Below, piece after piece: positions 1 to 11,000 of a stretch of DNA of 64,000 nt (its first letter is position 1; each line of letters begins with the position of its first letter). The notes under the pieces were generated by a model. It did not search any database, had not been told where the DNA came from, and was given only the letters and a program-made list of their open reading frames with translations. The stretch covers positions 352,030-416,029 of IMG/VR virus record IMGVR_UViG_3300027896_005002. One strand, 5' to 3'. The position numbers were made by a program, and so were the translations under genes.

Positions 1-446
1 GAATATCCAAAACCAGTACTAGGATTTAAACCACCACCAAAAAGACCTTGCTCAACAAGTGCGCCTACAGCTTGTGTTTCAGTAAATATTGCTTGAAAAT
101 CAACAATATTTGTTCTTGTTACCGATGGTAAAAATGTTATAGGATCAACATAATTTTTAGTTAACGATGCTCTTGCAATCTCATTAACTAATGTATGTTG
201 CGCCGCAGTTGCAACTGGTGGATTTTGTAAATCCCAACCAGGATCACCAACACCAACTGCTAATCTCATAATTCCAGCAACAGTTGATGGATCATCTTGA
301 ATAGCCCATTGAGCCATTTGTAACGATGCATCATCAACAATAACATTATGATCTTCACGATGTTCAATCATACCATTATTGTGCTTCATCTCCATTACAA
401 TCAATCCACTTTTTATTCGAAAACGACTACCCAAATCTATAAGCAT
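1..446 (-). CDS. Tail-collar/fibre-attachment-like baseplate protein, 3' end outside the window
   Basis: Not in the ORF track. My translation from the ATG at 446 (SD AAGGAG) is open to the window edge: MLIDLGSRFRIKSGLIVMEMKHNNG...LAVGVGDPGWD...EQGLFGG. The A.G.G and E.GLFGG pattern is typical of myovirus collar/fibre-base proteins. Confidence 0.55.
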   Translation of the reverse strand, partial: MLIDLGSRFRIKSGLIVMEMKHNNGMIEHREDHNVIVDDASLQMAQWAIQDDPSTVAGIMRLAVGVGDPGWDLQNPPVATAAQHTLVNEIARASLTKNYVDPITFLPSVTRTNIVDFQAIFTETQAVGALVEQGLFGGGLNPSTGFGY

Positions 447-458
447 GGTTAACTCCTT

Positions 459-590
459 TTAAAATTTGCGTTCTTCAATTCTTCCATCACTATGCTTCAT
501 AACACTAACACAAGCATCTGATTTTACTTTTGAAAATTCTTCAGTATTTGAAGGTTTTGACTTTGGTTTTTCTTTCTTTTTCTCTTGCAT
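459..590 (-). CDS. 43-aa hypothetical protein resembling the N-terminus of the downstream gene
   Basis: ATG at 590 follows AGGAG; translation MQEKKEKKPKSKPSNTEEFSKVKSDACVSVMKHSDGRIEERKF*; fills the gap between two genes. Confidence 0.5.
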   Translation of the reverse strand: MQEKKKEKPKSKPSNTEEFSKVKSDACVSVMKHSDGRIEERKF

Positions 591-598
591 ATTTTCTC

Positions 599-3500
599 CT
601 AAACTACTCGCTCAATTTGATAATACAATAAATTATTAACTGTGTTTGTTACTGAATTAGCTCTATTCGTAGTAAACATTATTTTTACCAAATTAGGCTT
701 ATTTGATTCAATCATTACAGCAGATTCATCAACAATTGTCTGTATTAATTCATCTATCTCAGTTACAAGATCTGAAAATACTACTTCCTCAGGAATTTCA
801 ATATGTGTTGTAATCGTTAATGTTGTTCCATAAAAATTATCTTGAATCCCTGATGTTAAAATTGTTTCATTTCTTGATTCAATATAATTTGAATAACCTG
901 TTTCCTCAGTTAATGGAAATTTCCGTTCAATAAATGGTTCAAATTGCCATTCTACATCTACAAAAGATTCACATATATGTGCATGTAAATCTTCAGGAAT
1001 ATTATAACTAATTATTGTACTAGCATTTGTAATCTGATTCATCAAATACGGTTGTGTCAAATCAAAATGATCACCTTGAACCGTATAAGTATTTAAAAGA
1101 AAATTTAACTGTCTATATATGACGTATTTATTAAATTTATAGATAATTTTTACGATCTCAACAACAGATGGATTGCTATCAAAACAAACTGTTCCTGACA
1201 ATCCATCAACAGAACTAACAGATAACATATTACCTGACTGTGACGTCATCGTTTGCGTTCCAGCACCAATTGTTGTCAATGTAATCGGAAATCCACCTGA
1301 TGTCGCAGATAATTGAATATGTGTTGAATCAATTCTAATTACAAAATATATTACCATTGGCACTAATGGCGCCGGTAATAATGCTGATGTTTCAAATGTT
1401 ACTGTGTCATTATTAAACCAATCTTGATCAATAGTTATTTGCGAATTCAAAAGATTCACAGCTGTTGGAGTAAATTGAATAGAAACAGTAACCTGAATAT
1501 CATTCGGATTATTAGTTATTGTATTTTCACTCCAACTTAAAATTGGCTTATAAAATGTTGTACAACAATGATTTGTACCATTAAACTGAAATGATACATC
1601 TTCAGTTATAATTTGAGCTTGTTTATATTTATCTGCACAATTAGTTCTTACATCATCACTACCTAAAAATTTAAAATCTATTTTTGTTATTTGATCAATA
1701 ATATTCTTTGTTCTTATAGTCTCAAAAAACAAATATCTTAATAAAAAGAAAGTATGGGCAGGTTTTATCAATTTCAGCACATTAGTTGCACTTGTGTTAA
1801 AACTTTGCCAATCGGTAAATTTCTTATTATTTGCGTCAATATCAACAGCAAAAGTAAATTGTCTTGCAATATCATACAAGAAATATTCAGTAATATTTAC
1901 TGATAATGAACTAACAGTATGTTCTAATCCTAAAAACATTGTCAATCCATCAGTAATACTTTCAATTGTTGATCCTTTAAAAAACATTTGCATTAATGTC
2001 AATAATGCTTGTCTATAATCAGAATTTATTGGAAATGCAGGTGATGGCGGCGTCTTCAATAAATAACCCAAATTTTGATACAATAATTCAGTAGATTCCG
2101 ATGTTGATGCATTATAATACATGTCATTATTATAAGATTCTGCTCGTTCTTTTGCTCGAGCTATTTCAGAAGCTATCATTCTAAAATAACCATCAAATAC
2201 TGTCGATTCAGTATCTTTATTATACGTGCTTTCTAAATTATTCAGAATATTGCTAATAATTTCAATTTGATATTTATACCATAAATCTCTTGTCGTTCTT
2301 GACGGTGTAACAATATCTCTGCAAACAAATGAATATGTTTGTGTCGGCATTACATGAGGACCATTTAATCCACTATAAAAATCTTTTGCGTCAATAGCTA
2401 CATTTACTGTAGCTTTATCTTCAAATATTTCATTAGGAGTGATAGCAATCAAATATCCACGACTTCTTGGAATATAAAAGAAATTCTTATTATCGTCAAA
2501 ACTTGCAAGTGATAATACTAATGAATTAACAATTGCAATATTATACAAATTTATTAAATCAATACTTGGTAAATATGCATAATTATCATTCAAAATTGTT
2601 GAACTAAAATATGGCAATGTATTAATATAGTTGTTAACTTTCTTTATAGTTGAAAATTCATCTCTTGTCAAATTCATTGTAGCAATAACAACGCCATCAA
2701 CTATAATTCTCAATAAATATTCATCCAATGTTAAAAATACTTGAGTTGATGACCCAGAATAATCTATTCTTAAGGCGTCTTTTACAACCAATTGATAAGT
2801 AGTATTTGAAATCTTAACTTTTACTGTTCTTATATCAACACCAGATACATCATCATCAATAAAAAACATTACATTTGTTTCTCGAGAAACATCAACTGCT
2901 TTATCACGAGGCCAGCAACCTTTTAAATACGGCGCGCTTGAATCAATCGGTGTCAAATTGATAGTCTTAATATTTGCTAAATTTCCAGCAACATCTTTAG
3001 CATAAATAACAACACTATCAATATCATCAAAATTTGGAATATTTGCTACTGGCCCAATTTGTACCTGTAATGAGTAATACCCACCACCAGGATTAATTGG
3101 GCCAACACCAGTATAATTAAAGAATGACGAATTTTTAACAGTTGAATATTCGATGTCATCAACAAATATTTTAACTGAATTAACATCAATTCCAGAACAA
3201 GTACTATCTGTTGATGATAATGGATCATAAAGATTTATTGTTAAATATGTATATAATGTAAAATCTAAATCAGCAGGAACAACTGATGTCACTATAGGTT
3301 TTATTACATCCAAATAAAAAAAGCGCTCAACTGGTGTAGTTGCTACAATATAATTTGTCTTTATTTCAGTCGCAGAATATGATCCTTTTGTAGCTGTCAA
3401 AGTAACAGTATATACTCCGGCAGTATTATAAACATGAATAGGATGTTGTAAACTACTATGTGGCGTTGCATCACCAAAATTCCAATTCCAGCTAGTTGGA

Positions 3501-5032
3501 CCACCAGTAGTCAAATCTAGAAAACTGACAGCTAAATTAATATTACCTATAGTCGGAGAACCACTGAAATCTACAACAATCGGTACTGTCACTATAATAT
3601 AATTTGGTTTAACATTAATAGAAGAGCTAATACCTCTTGAAGCAGTTAAAGTAACAGTATAAATGCCAGGAACATTATAAATGTGACTTGGATTTTGTAA
3701 ACCACTATGAGGCGATGCATCACCAAAATCCCAATCCCAACTAGTAGGATTTCCCAATGTTGAATCAATAAAATTTACAGTTAAAGGAGCATTACCAGAA
3801 GTAGTAGAACTAGAAAAATCAGTTATAATATTAACAGTAATATAATCTGTTTTTACTGCAGTAGAAGTATGTAAACCATCTGAAGCTATCAAAGTAACAG
3901 TATATATTCCGGCAGTGTCATAAATATGAATCGGATTTTGATCACCACTATGAAGTGATCCATCACCAAAATCCCAATCCCAAATTGTTGCTCCGCCTGT
4001 CGTTAAGTCAGTGAAATTTACTGTTAAATTGGCATCACCAGAAGTAACAGAAGCAGAAAAATCTGCTACTATAACAACTAAATCTTCATAAGCACCTATA
4101 CTTGGAGGATTTAATCTAGTTGTTTTAAGCACATCATCAACCGGACTATCAGTAAAATGATGACCTGTATGTCTGGCTGGACTGCCATCTTGTAATGCAT
4201 AAGGTTCTGCACCAGAACCTATAAAAAGAGGATCACCCTGTATTTCAGTAATATCTGGCGAAAATGGAACTGAATGATCTGTATAAGTATAAGCATCATA
4301 GCCATTATATTTCAAAACAATATTATAAGAATGTTGAAAATCAGCTATAATATGACCAAATAAAAGCGTATTATCAATTGTTATTCCCCCATATGTTGTA
4401 ACTTCATTCTCAGTGACTATATTATTTCGAATATATACTTTATTAACTGCTTTATTTCCACGAATAGCAAAATTTATGTCGGTAGTTCTAATAAATGTAT
4501 TATTTTCTATTATTATATGATCGACATCACCTGCAGCATCAGTATCTATAAGAACATCACCATAACCAACACCATCACAATAAAAAATATTATTTGTGAT
4601 TATACAATCATTTCCATAATTACCATGAATGAATAAATCACATACTTGTGATGGAGTACCTACAAAACCAATCTTACAATACTTCATGTCTTTACAATCT
4701 ATAATGATAAGACCACCTGAAGTATCATCATTTGTCCAAATATGTAAATCTCTAAGTTCTCCAATATTTTCAAACCAATTATCTACACCCAAATAAATCT
4801 CATCAGTATGAAAATCAGTACCATGCATTGTACAGGCGCCCATTCCATATACAAAACTAGAAGTCACTGATTCAGTAATAACTCCTCTAACTTCAACAAC
4901 ATCAGTTGGACTCAAAGTTACACTATGGGCATCCAATCCTACAAAAAGATCATTAAAAGTGAGTGCGGCTTTAACTTCAGTATCAAATGGCCAAGTATTT
5001 GATCCGGTTGCTTTTACATAATAAACAGCCAT
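599..5032 (-). CDS. Baseplate wedge protein (gp7/P2 gpI-like core) fused to an N-terminal beta-helix and 3 PKD domains
   Basis: Beta-helix-like IIIENNTF/VYIRNNI repeats ending in PYALQDGSPA..IGAYE; three DFS..TSG...W.WDFGD..HS..QNP.H.Y...G.YTVTL PKD repeats; wedge-like LGYLL..YRQAL...GST.ESI..LKLIKPAHT; located downstream of the baseplate J-like gene. Confidence 0.7.
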   Translation of the reverse strand: MAVYYVKATGSNTWPFDTEVKAALTFNDLFVGLDAHSVTLSPTDVVEVRGVITESVTSSFVYGMGACTMHGTDFHTDEIYLGVDNWFENIGELRDLHIWTNDDTSGGLIIIDCKDMKYCKIGFVGTPSQVCDLFIHGNYGNDCIITNNIFYCDGVGYGDVLIDTDAAGDVDHIIIENNTFIRTTDINFAIRGNKAVNKVYIRNNIVTENEVTTYGGITIDNTLLFGHIIADFQHSYNIVLKYNGYDAYTYTDHSVPFSPDITEIQGDPLFIGSGAEPYALQDGSPARHTGHHFTDSPVDDVLKTTRLNPPSIGAYEDLVVIVADFSASVTSGDANLTVNFTDLTTGGATIWDWDFGDGSLHSGDQNPIHIYDTAGIYTVTLIASDGLHTSTAVKTDYITVNIITDFSSSTTSGNAPLTVNFIDSTLGNPTSWDWDFGDASPHSGLQNPSHIYNVPGIYTVTLTASRGISSSINVKPNYIIVTVPIVVDFSGSPTIGNINLAVSFLDLTTGGPTSWNWNFGDATPHSSLQHPIHVYNTAGVYTVTLTATKGSYSATEIKTNYIVATTPVERFFYLDVIKPIVTSVVPADLDFTLYTYLTINLYDPLSSTDSTCSGIDVNSVKIFVDDIEYSTVKNSSFFNYTGVGPINPGGGYYSLQVQIGPVANIPNFDDIDSVVIYAKDVAGNLANIKTINLTPIDSSAPYLKGCWPRDKAVDVSRETNVMFFIDDDVSGVDIRTVKVKISNTTYQLVVKDALRIDYSGSSTQVFLTLDEYLLRIIVDGVVIATMNLTRDEFSTIKKVNNYINTLPYFSSTILNDNYAYLPSIDLINLYNIAIVNSLVLSLASFDDNKNFFYIPRSRGYLIAITPNEIFEDKATVNVAIDAKDFYSGLNGPHVMPTQTYSFVCRDIVTPSRTTRDLWYKYQIEIISNILNNLESTYNKDTESTVFDGYFRMIASEIARAKERAESYNNDMYYNASTSESTELLYQNLGYLLKTPPSPAFPINSDYRQALLTLMQMFFKGSTIESITDGLTMFLGLEHTVSSLSVNITEYFLYDIARQFTFAVDIDANNKKFTDWQSFNTSATNVLKLIKPAHTFFLLRYLFFETIRTKNIIDQITKIDFKFLGSDDVRTNCADKYKQAQIITEDVSFQFNGTNHCCTTFYKPILSWSENTITNNPNDIQVTVSIQFTPTAVNLLNSQITIDQDWFNNDTVTFETSALLPAPLVPMVIYFVIRIDSTHIQLSATSGGFPITLTTIGAGTQTMTSQSGNMLSVSSVDGLSGTVCFDSNPSVVEIVKIIYKFNKYVIYRQLNFLLNTYTVQGDHFDLTQPYLMNQITNASTIISYNIPEDLHAHICESFVDVEWQFEPFIERKFPLTEETGYSNYIESRNETILTSGIQDNFYGTTLTITTHIEIPEEVVFSDLVTEIDELIQTIVDESAVMIESNKPNLVKIMFTTNRANSVTNTVNNLLYYQIERVV

Positions 5033-5059
5033 GTATTACTCCATACTATAATTTTTATA

Positions 5060-8000
5060 CTAACCAACTTTTATAGATTCAACATTACCAGCAACATCAA
5101 CAGAAAAATATTTTATATGATAAATTCCGCTCAATGGTACAGTTATTGTAAAAGTTTCAGTATACGGTGAAAGTAATGTTGGATCTGGTACTGGAATAGA
5201 TGATAATCTTATTTCATAATATGTCCGTTTTGCACCAGATACATTGTCAATAGCTGTAAATGTAATCACTGGATTATTTGTCCATTGACCTGAAATATTA
5301 TCAATTGTAGTCGGCGGATTTACATCTAATTTAAAAACATAACTTTTAATTTGTTCAGTATTTCCAACATTGTCAACACTAAAAAAGTATAAAGTATGAA
5401 TGCCTTCAGATGGTATTAAAAATACGCCAGTATATACCATAAAGAAAATACTATTGTCCCATTTATAATAAATAGCATTTACACCTGAATGCGCATCAAC
5501 AGCTGTTAAGCTTATATTTGGATTTGTAACATACCAATTTTCTAAACCGTTAGGTGGACTTACAACAACACTTGTAATTGGCGCAATATTATCAATTTGA
5601 ACAATATCTGTAGCGGTTTGAACTAATTCAATATTTCCTGCATAATCTTGTGCGAAATATTTAATTGTATATTGACCTGAAATATCAAGTATTATTGATG
5701 CATCAAATATATCAACGGGTGTAGGACTTGTAACAACTACATCAGGCACTAAACCGTGTATATTGTAAGTTATGCTCTTAATTCCAGAATTGTTCGGTGT
5801 ATTAAAATCTGTAGCTGACAATGTAACTATAGCAGATGATACCCAACCAGTATGACCTGGAGCGGGATTCCAGCCAATTATTGATGATGTGTCATCTGTT
5901 GTTACGGGAATAAAAGTATCTAATTTTATGATATTATTGAATCCGACCAACTGTGTGATAGTAGATTCAATTGTAAGATTATTATTTTTATCAATTATTG
6001 CTACAAAAGCAGTATGTTGACCCTCAAAATTATATGTATATGATACGCCATTGAAGAATAAATGCGGACTTAATTGATTGTAAAAATCATCAACATAACT
6101 AACAGTAGATGTTGAATGTGGTATAATATCAATTTGTTTTGATAACGGTGTCACATTATCCTGAGAAGTCGTAAAAATATAATCAATTTCAAAAGTATCA
6201 TTGCCTAAAAGAGCAACATTTGTTGCAGCAAAAAATCTACTAGGATTTATATCCAAAGTAATAGAAGAATATATTCCACCATGAATAGTGTTAACAATAC
6301 TTGAAACTGAAATCATTTGTTCTATAAATGGATCAACTCTAAAGGCTTCAAATGTAACTATATATGCGCCACTTATAGAAATAGTTTCTAAATAAACAAC
6401 TGTTGATGATGATGTTACAAAAAATGTATCACCTTGAACAATTGATGATCCTTTAGCAGCTGCGAGTGCTCCATCACCTGTATCAGTACCATCACCTGAA
6501 AAAAATCTATTTGCATTGTTTAAGGATCCACTGCCGTCAGTCGTTAAATCAATGAAGATATTATTTACAGCATCATTATATGTTAATGCTAACTTTAATT
6601 CAGTAGATGACACATAAATTGCATAATATGCTGTCATTGTAGTTAACGGTGTCGGTAATAAATCTGGAAATATAGGAGCTATAATTTCAACAACATCACC
6701 TGTTTCATAAGTATTTACTGGAACAGTTAATATATCTGTTGCTGCACTTGCAACAAATGATGTTTGTGGAAAATATGAAATTAATAAATTTTCAGTTGTC
6801 GTTAATTGGGTTAAATTTGCATATAATGATGGAATGACAGATTTATTGATACTAACAACAAAAGAACTTTCTTTAAAAACATAATGTAATTGATCTTCAA
6901 ATGTTACCTTTATTTCGGGTGATGTCCCGTTAATATACCAACCATCACTATTTGGAGATAACGGATTATTTGTATGTAAACTATCAACAATGTCTGTTAT
7001 AATTACTGGTCTTTGATTTATAATAGCAATTTTTGCAGGATATGTTTCAAATGGTTCAACATTACCTGCAATATCAGTCGATCTATATTGTAAATTGTAA
7101 AATCCACTATCTGCAAGAATGACAATTAAACCAGAGCCTGATCGTGTAGTGAAATTAATATCATCTGCTGAATATGTAACTATATAATCTGTGGACGTTA
7201 TTCTAGAATATGTGTAATTAACCAATATATTATCACTTACGCCAAAAGGTTCTAATATATAAATTTTGTTGTCATTAAAATAGTCAACTGTTAAATATTG
7301 ACTTGTAGTATCATTAAATACTGTAACAATACTGTCTATAATGCCACTAACAGTTAATATATTATTGACAACATCTCTATCTATCGGTAATTCAGTAACA
7401 GTAACAGATAAATCATCAGTAGGTAACAAATATAATCTGAAATCTGTTATAATATTTCCTGAACCTAATGATGCTAATTCAATAGCATTATTTGCAATTG
7501 CATTAGCATATGAATATGCAAGCTTTATTGCAATTGGAGACAATTTAATAATGTAATAAGTTTGATTTCGTACTAATGGTTCTGGTAATGATAGACCTGT
7601 CAGTTTTACTGCATCTCCAGTAGCATATTTATAATTAGGTTCTGATAAATCTAAAGTGTCATCTATTATTATTGATACAGTAAATAATGTTGGTGCATGA
7701 CTATTAAAAATTGTTGCTTCTGGCGTTACTCTAACTAAATCGCCATTACCACTAGATGTTAAATCAATCGGTGTAGGAACAATTGCAATTGCATCAGCAT
7801 AAGTTGCTGCAAGTTGTAATTGTGTTGCAGACAATCTAATTGCATAATAATTTGTTGATTCAGTTAATGGTGCTGGTAATGAAGATCCTATAACATTTAC
7901 AACATATCCCGTTTGATAAATATTAGAGCTAACAGTTAATATATCAGTTAATGAGTCAGCTGTAAATGCTATATGAGTATAATTTAAATTTAAAGTTGCC

Positions 8001-11000
8001 AAATAAGCATCTAATTCAGTCCATGTTCTAAAATATTGTAAAGTTTGTCTTAATGACGGCGTCATCAATGATGTAATTTCATATTGTCTCGTAACATCAT
8101 TATAATCAACTACAGGAGCTAATGTGCAAAGAATATCATATCTAGAAGGTACGATAAATCCTGCATCTTGTATATGATCGCCAATGGGTCCATAATTATT
8201 TTGCCACTTTTCATCAGTTTCTTCATCAGTATCTTGAATTCTATCAATATCGGTAAAATCGTTAATATAATTTGTAGATACACTATTTATTGATGTTATA
8301 GGTGGCGCGATATCAAAATTTAATATTATTTCATGTGGTGATTCAATATTTCCAGCAATATCTGATGAAAAATAAACGAATGTTATTGTTCTAGATGCTA
8401 ATACAAATGGTAATTGTATGGGTCCCGTATAATAGCGGATCGTGGGATCCTTATCCATTTGATAAATAATTTTGTCAACGCCTGAAATATTATCTGTCGC
8501 AGTTAATGTTATTTGCTGTTGTTGTGTATAATAATTATTAATTGATCCAGGAAAGATACTTATACTGGTTTCAGGATTTGTTGAATCAAGATAATAAATC
8601 TTTTGTGTTATTGCAGTTTCTGTATCAGTAACAGCTTTAGCACTTACCAACCAAATATTATCACTTGGTAATGTAAATAGATTTGTATAGGTCTGATATA
8701 AATAAGTTTCTGTAAATGTATATTCTGGTTGAAGATCAAAATCAAGACCAAACACAGTTAAAGTAGCATCAAATTTTCCAGGATTAACAAATTTTATTTC
8801 TGATGTTGCAACTCCAGTTGCTGCAGCCGGTGATGTAACAGTAATATATCCAGTTCCAGCTAAACCATCAACACCAGTTTGCGTTGCTATAACTGTACCA
8901 ATAGCATTGTTGATGCCATCAATAATGTCTTGAATCGATGTATTTCTAGAGTCGACACCTCTAATGTCAATTGTTAATGGTTGACCTGATTGATCAATTT
9001 CAAGAGAAATTAATGACCCATTAAATAAATCAATTGGACTTGTTATTTGAACTGTACTAGTATAGGTTGCTGTCGTTGGTTTGCTGTTTGGAGCAATTTT
9101 ATATTGTAATGTGTTTATTAAGTTAGGTTTGTTTGTAACAACACCAATATCAGGCGATGATCTATACCAACCGTGTTTTCCGTTTATTGGAAAACTTTCA
9201 GTTAATATTACTTGTAGAGTTGTTTCACCAAGCTCAATTCTAAATGGATCAGATTGTTTTACACTTTCAATATTTCCAGCATCATCTACTGAAAAGAATT
9301 TTACAACATATAATCCAGAATCTTTAATTTCAAAAGATGATCCCGATTTAGAATTAATTGTAGGAGTTGTTCCATCAATTGTATAATATGTTGTTGTATT
9401 ATCTGATGCACTATCTGTTGTTAAAAAAGTTATTGTAACTGGTTCATGAGAAACAGTTAATGGGATTAAAATTTCAGTTGATGGAACAATATTATCATAT
9501 TTGAACACTTGCGTTAAAGCATCTTCTTTATTTCCTGCTATATCTACAGAATAAGCTTGTAAATAATGAACACCAATATTTGGTATTGTTATAAACAATG
9601 ATGTATATTCTTGAAATGGTTGACCATCCCAAGAATAAAATATTTGTTTTAACCCAGATACATTATCAGTAGCAGATAATGAAATAATCGGAGATGTTAA
9701 ATACCAATTATTTGACCCATCAGGTACAATATTAGTATTTACAGTTGTAATAGGCGAATGACTGTCAATTTTTACATATTCTGTTTGTACATCATTTATC
9801 TCGCTAGTAGAATGGCTTATTGAATAATATCTTATTCTTAATCCGGTTATTGTTATATCACCAGTGCCTGCAAAAGTAAAATCAATAAAATTATTAGCTA
9901 CTGCATTGGCAAAAGTTGTCGCAAGTCTTATAGTTGTTGAAGATAATCTAATAACATAATATTGTGTACCTGAAACTAATGGTACTGGAATAGATGGTCC
10001 TGAAACAGTAACAATATCTCCAGTAAAATAATTATTGTCGTTGCTTATTGTTATTATACTAGTTATTAACCGTCCTATACCTGTTGAAGCAATATCAACA
10101 AAATTAATATCTCTAGCATTTTCCTGAGATATCGACAATCTTATTTGCGTGTCAGATAATCTAATGATATAATAATTAGTTGTTTCTGACAATACTGAAG
10201 GTAACGAGTCATCAAATAAAACAGTACTTAAAGTATCAACTGTAAAGGCATCATCTGCATTAAGTGACGCAGCCTTTGCAGTCGTTAATTCTCCACTAGT
10301 AACATCTGACCCGTCAGCAGTATTAAATATATCTGATATACTTAAATTTTCGCCAATAATAAGATCTGCCAATGTGGCATAATTTGACGGAATAACTGGT
10401 TTTCCTGCTCCAGATACAGTAGTAATAGAATAACTACGGACAGTACCAGATCCATTATTTGTTAAATGAATTGCAATATTCGCTTTTGCATCATCAAATG
10501 TTAAAGCAAGTTTTAAAGAACTTTCAGAAATTCGAATCGCATAATAATTTGTTGATGTATTTAATGGTGATGGTAAAGAATTTCCAGAAACTGTTATGAT
10601 ATCACCAGTAGTATAAATGTCTAATGACAAATTCAAATATAATATATCATCACCTAAATCAGAAATGAAATTAATCGGCATATCACGAATAAATAAAATT
10701 TCACTCGCTGTTGCTGCACCACCAGTTGTTAAATCTATAGGTATATTAGCCAATGCATCAGTATACGATGCTGCTAGTTTTATTGAAGTATTACTAATAT
10801 GAATTACAAAATAATATATATTTTCTTGTAACGGTGTGGGTAATGATCCACCAGTTAAAGTTACGATATCTCCAGTATTATAAGAATTATTGCCAATCAA
10901 AAGATCTGTTATACTATCACACACAAAAACATTCGCAGGAATATCAACATTCAATATACTTGTTTCTAACTGTCCTCCAACACCTGTGCTAATCAATGTA

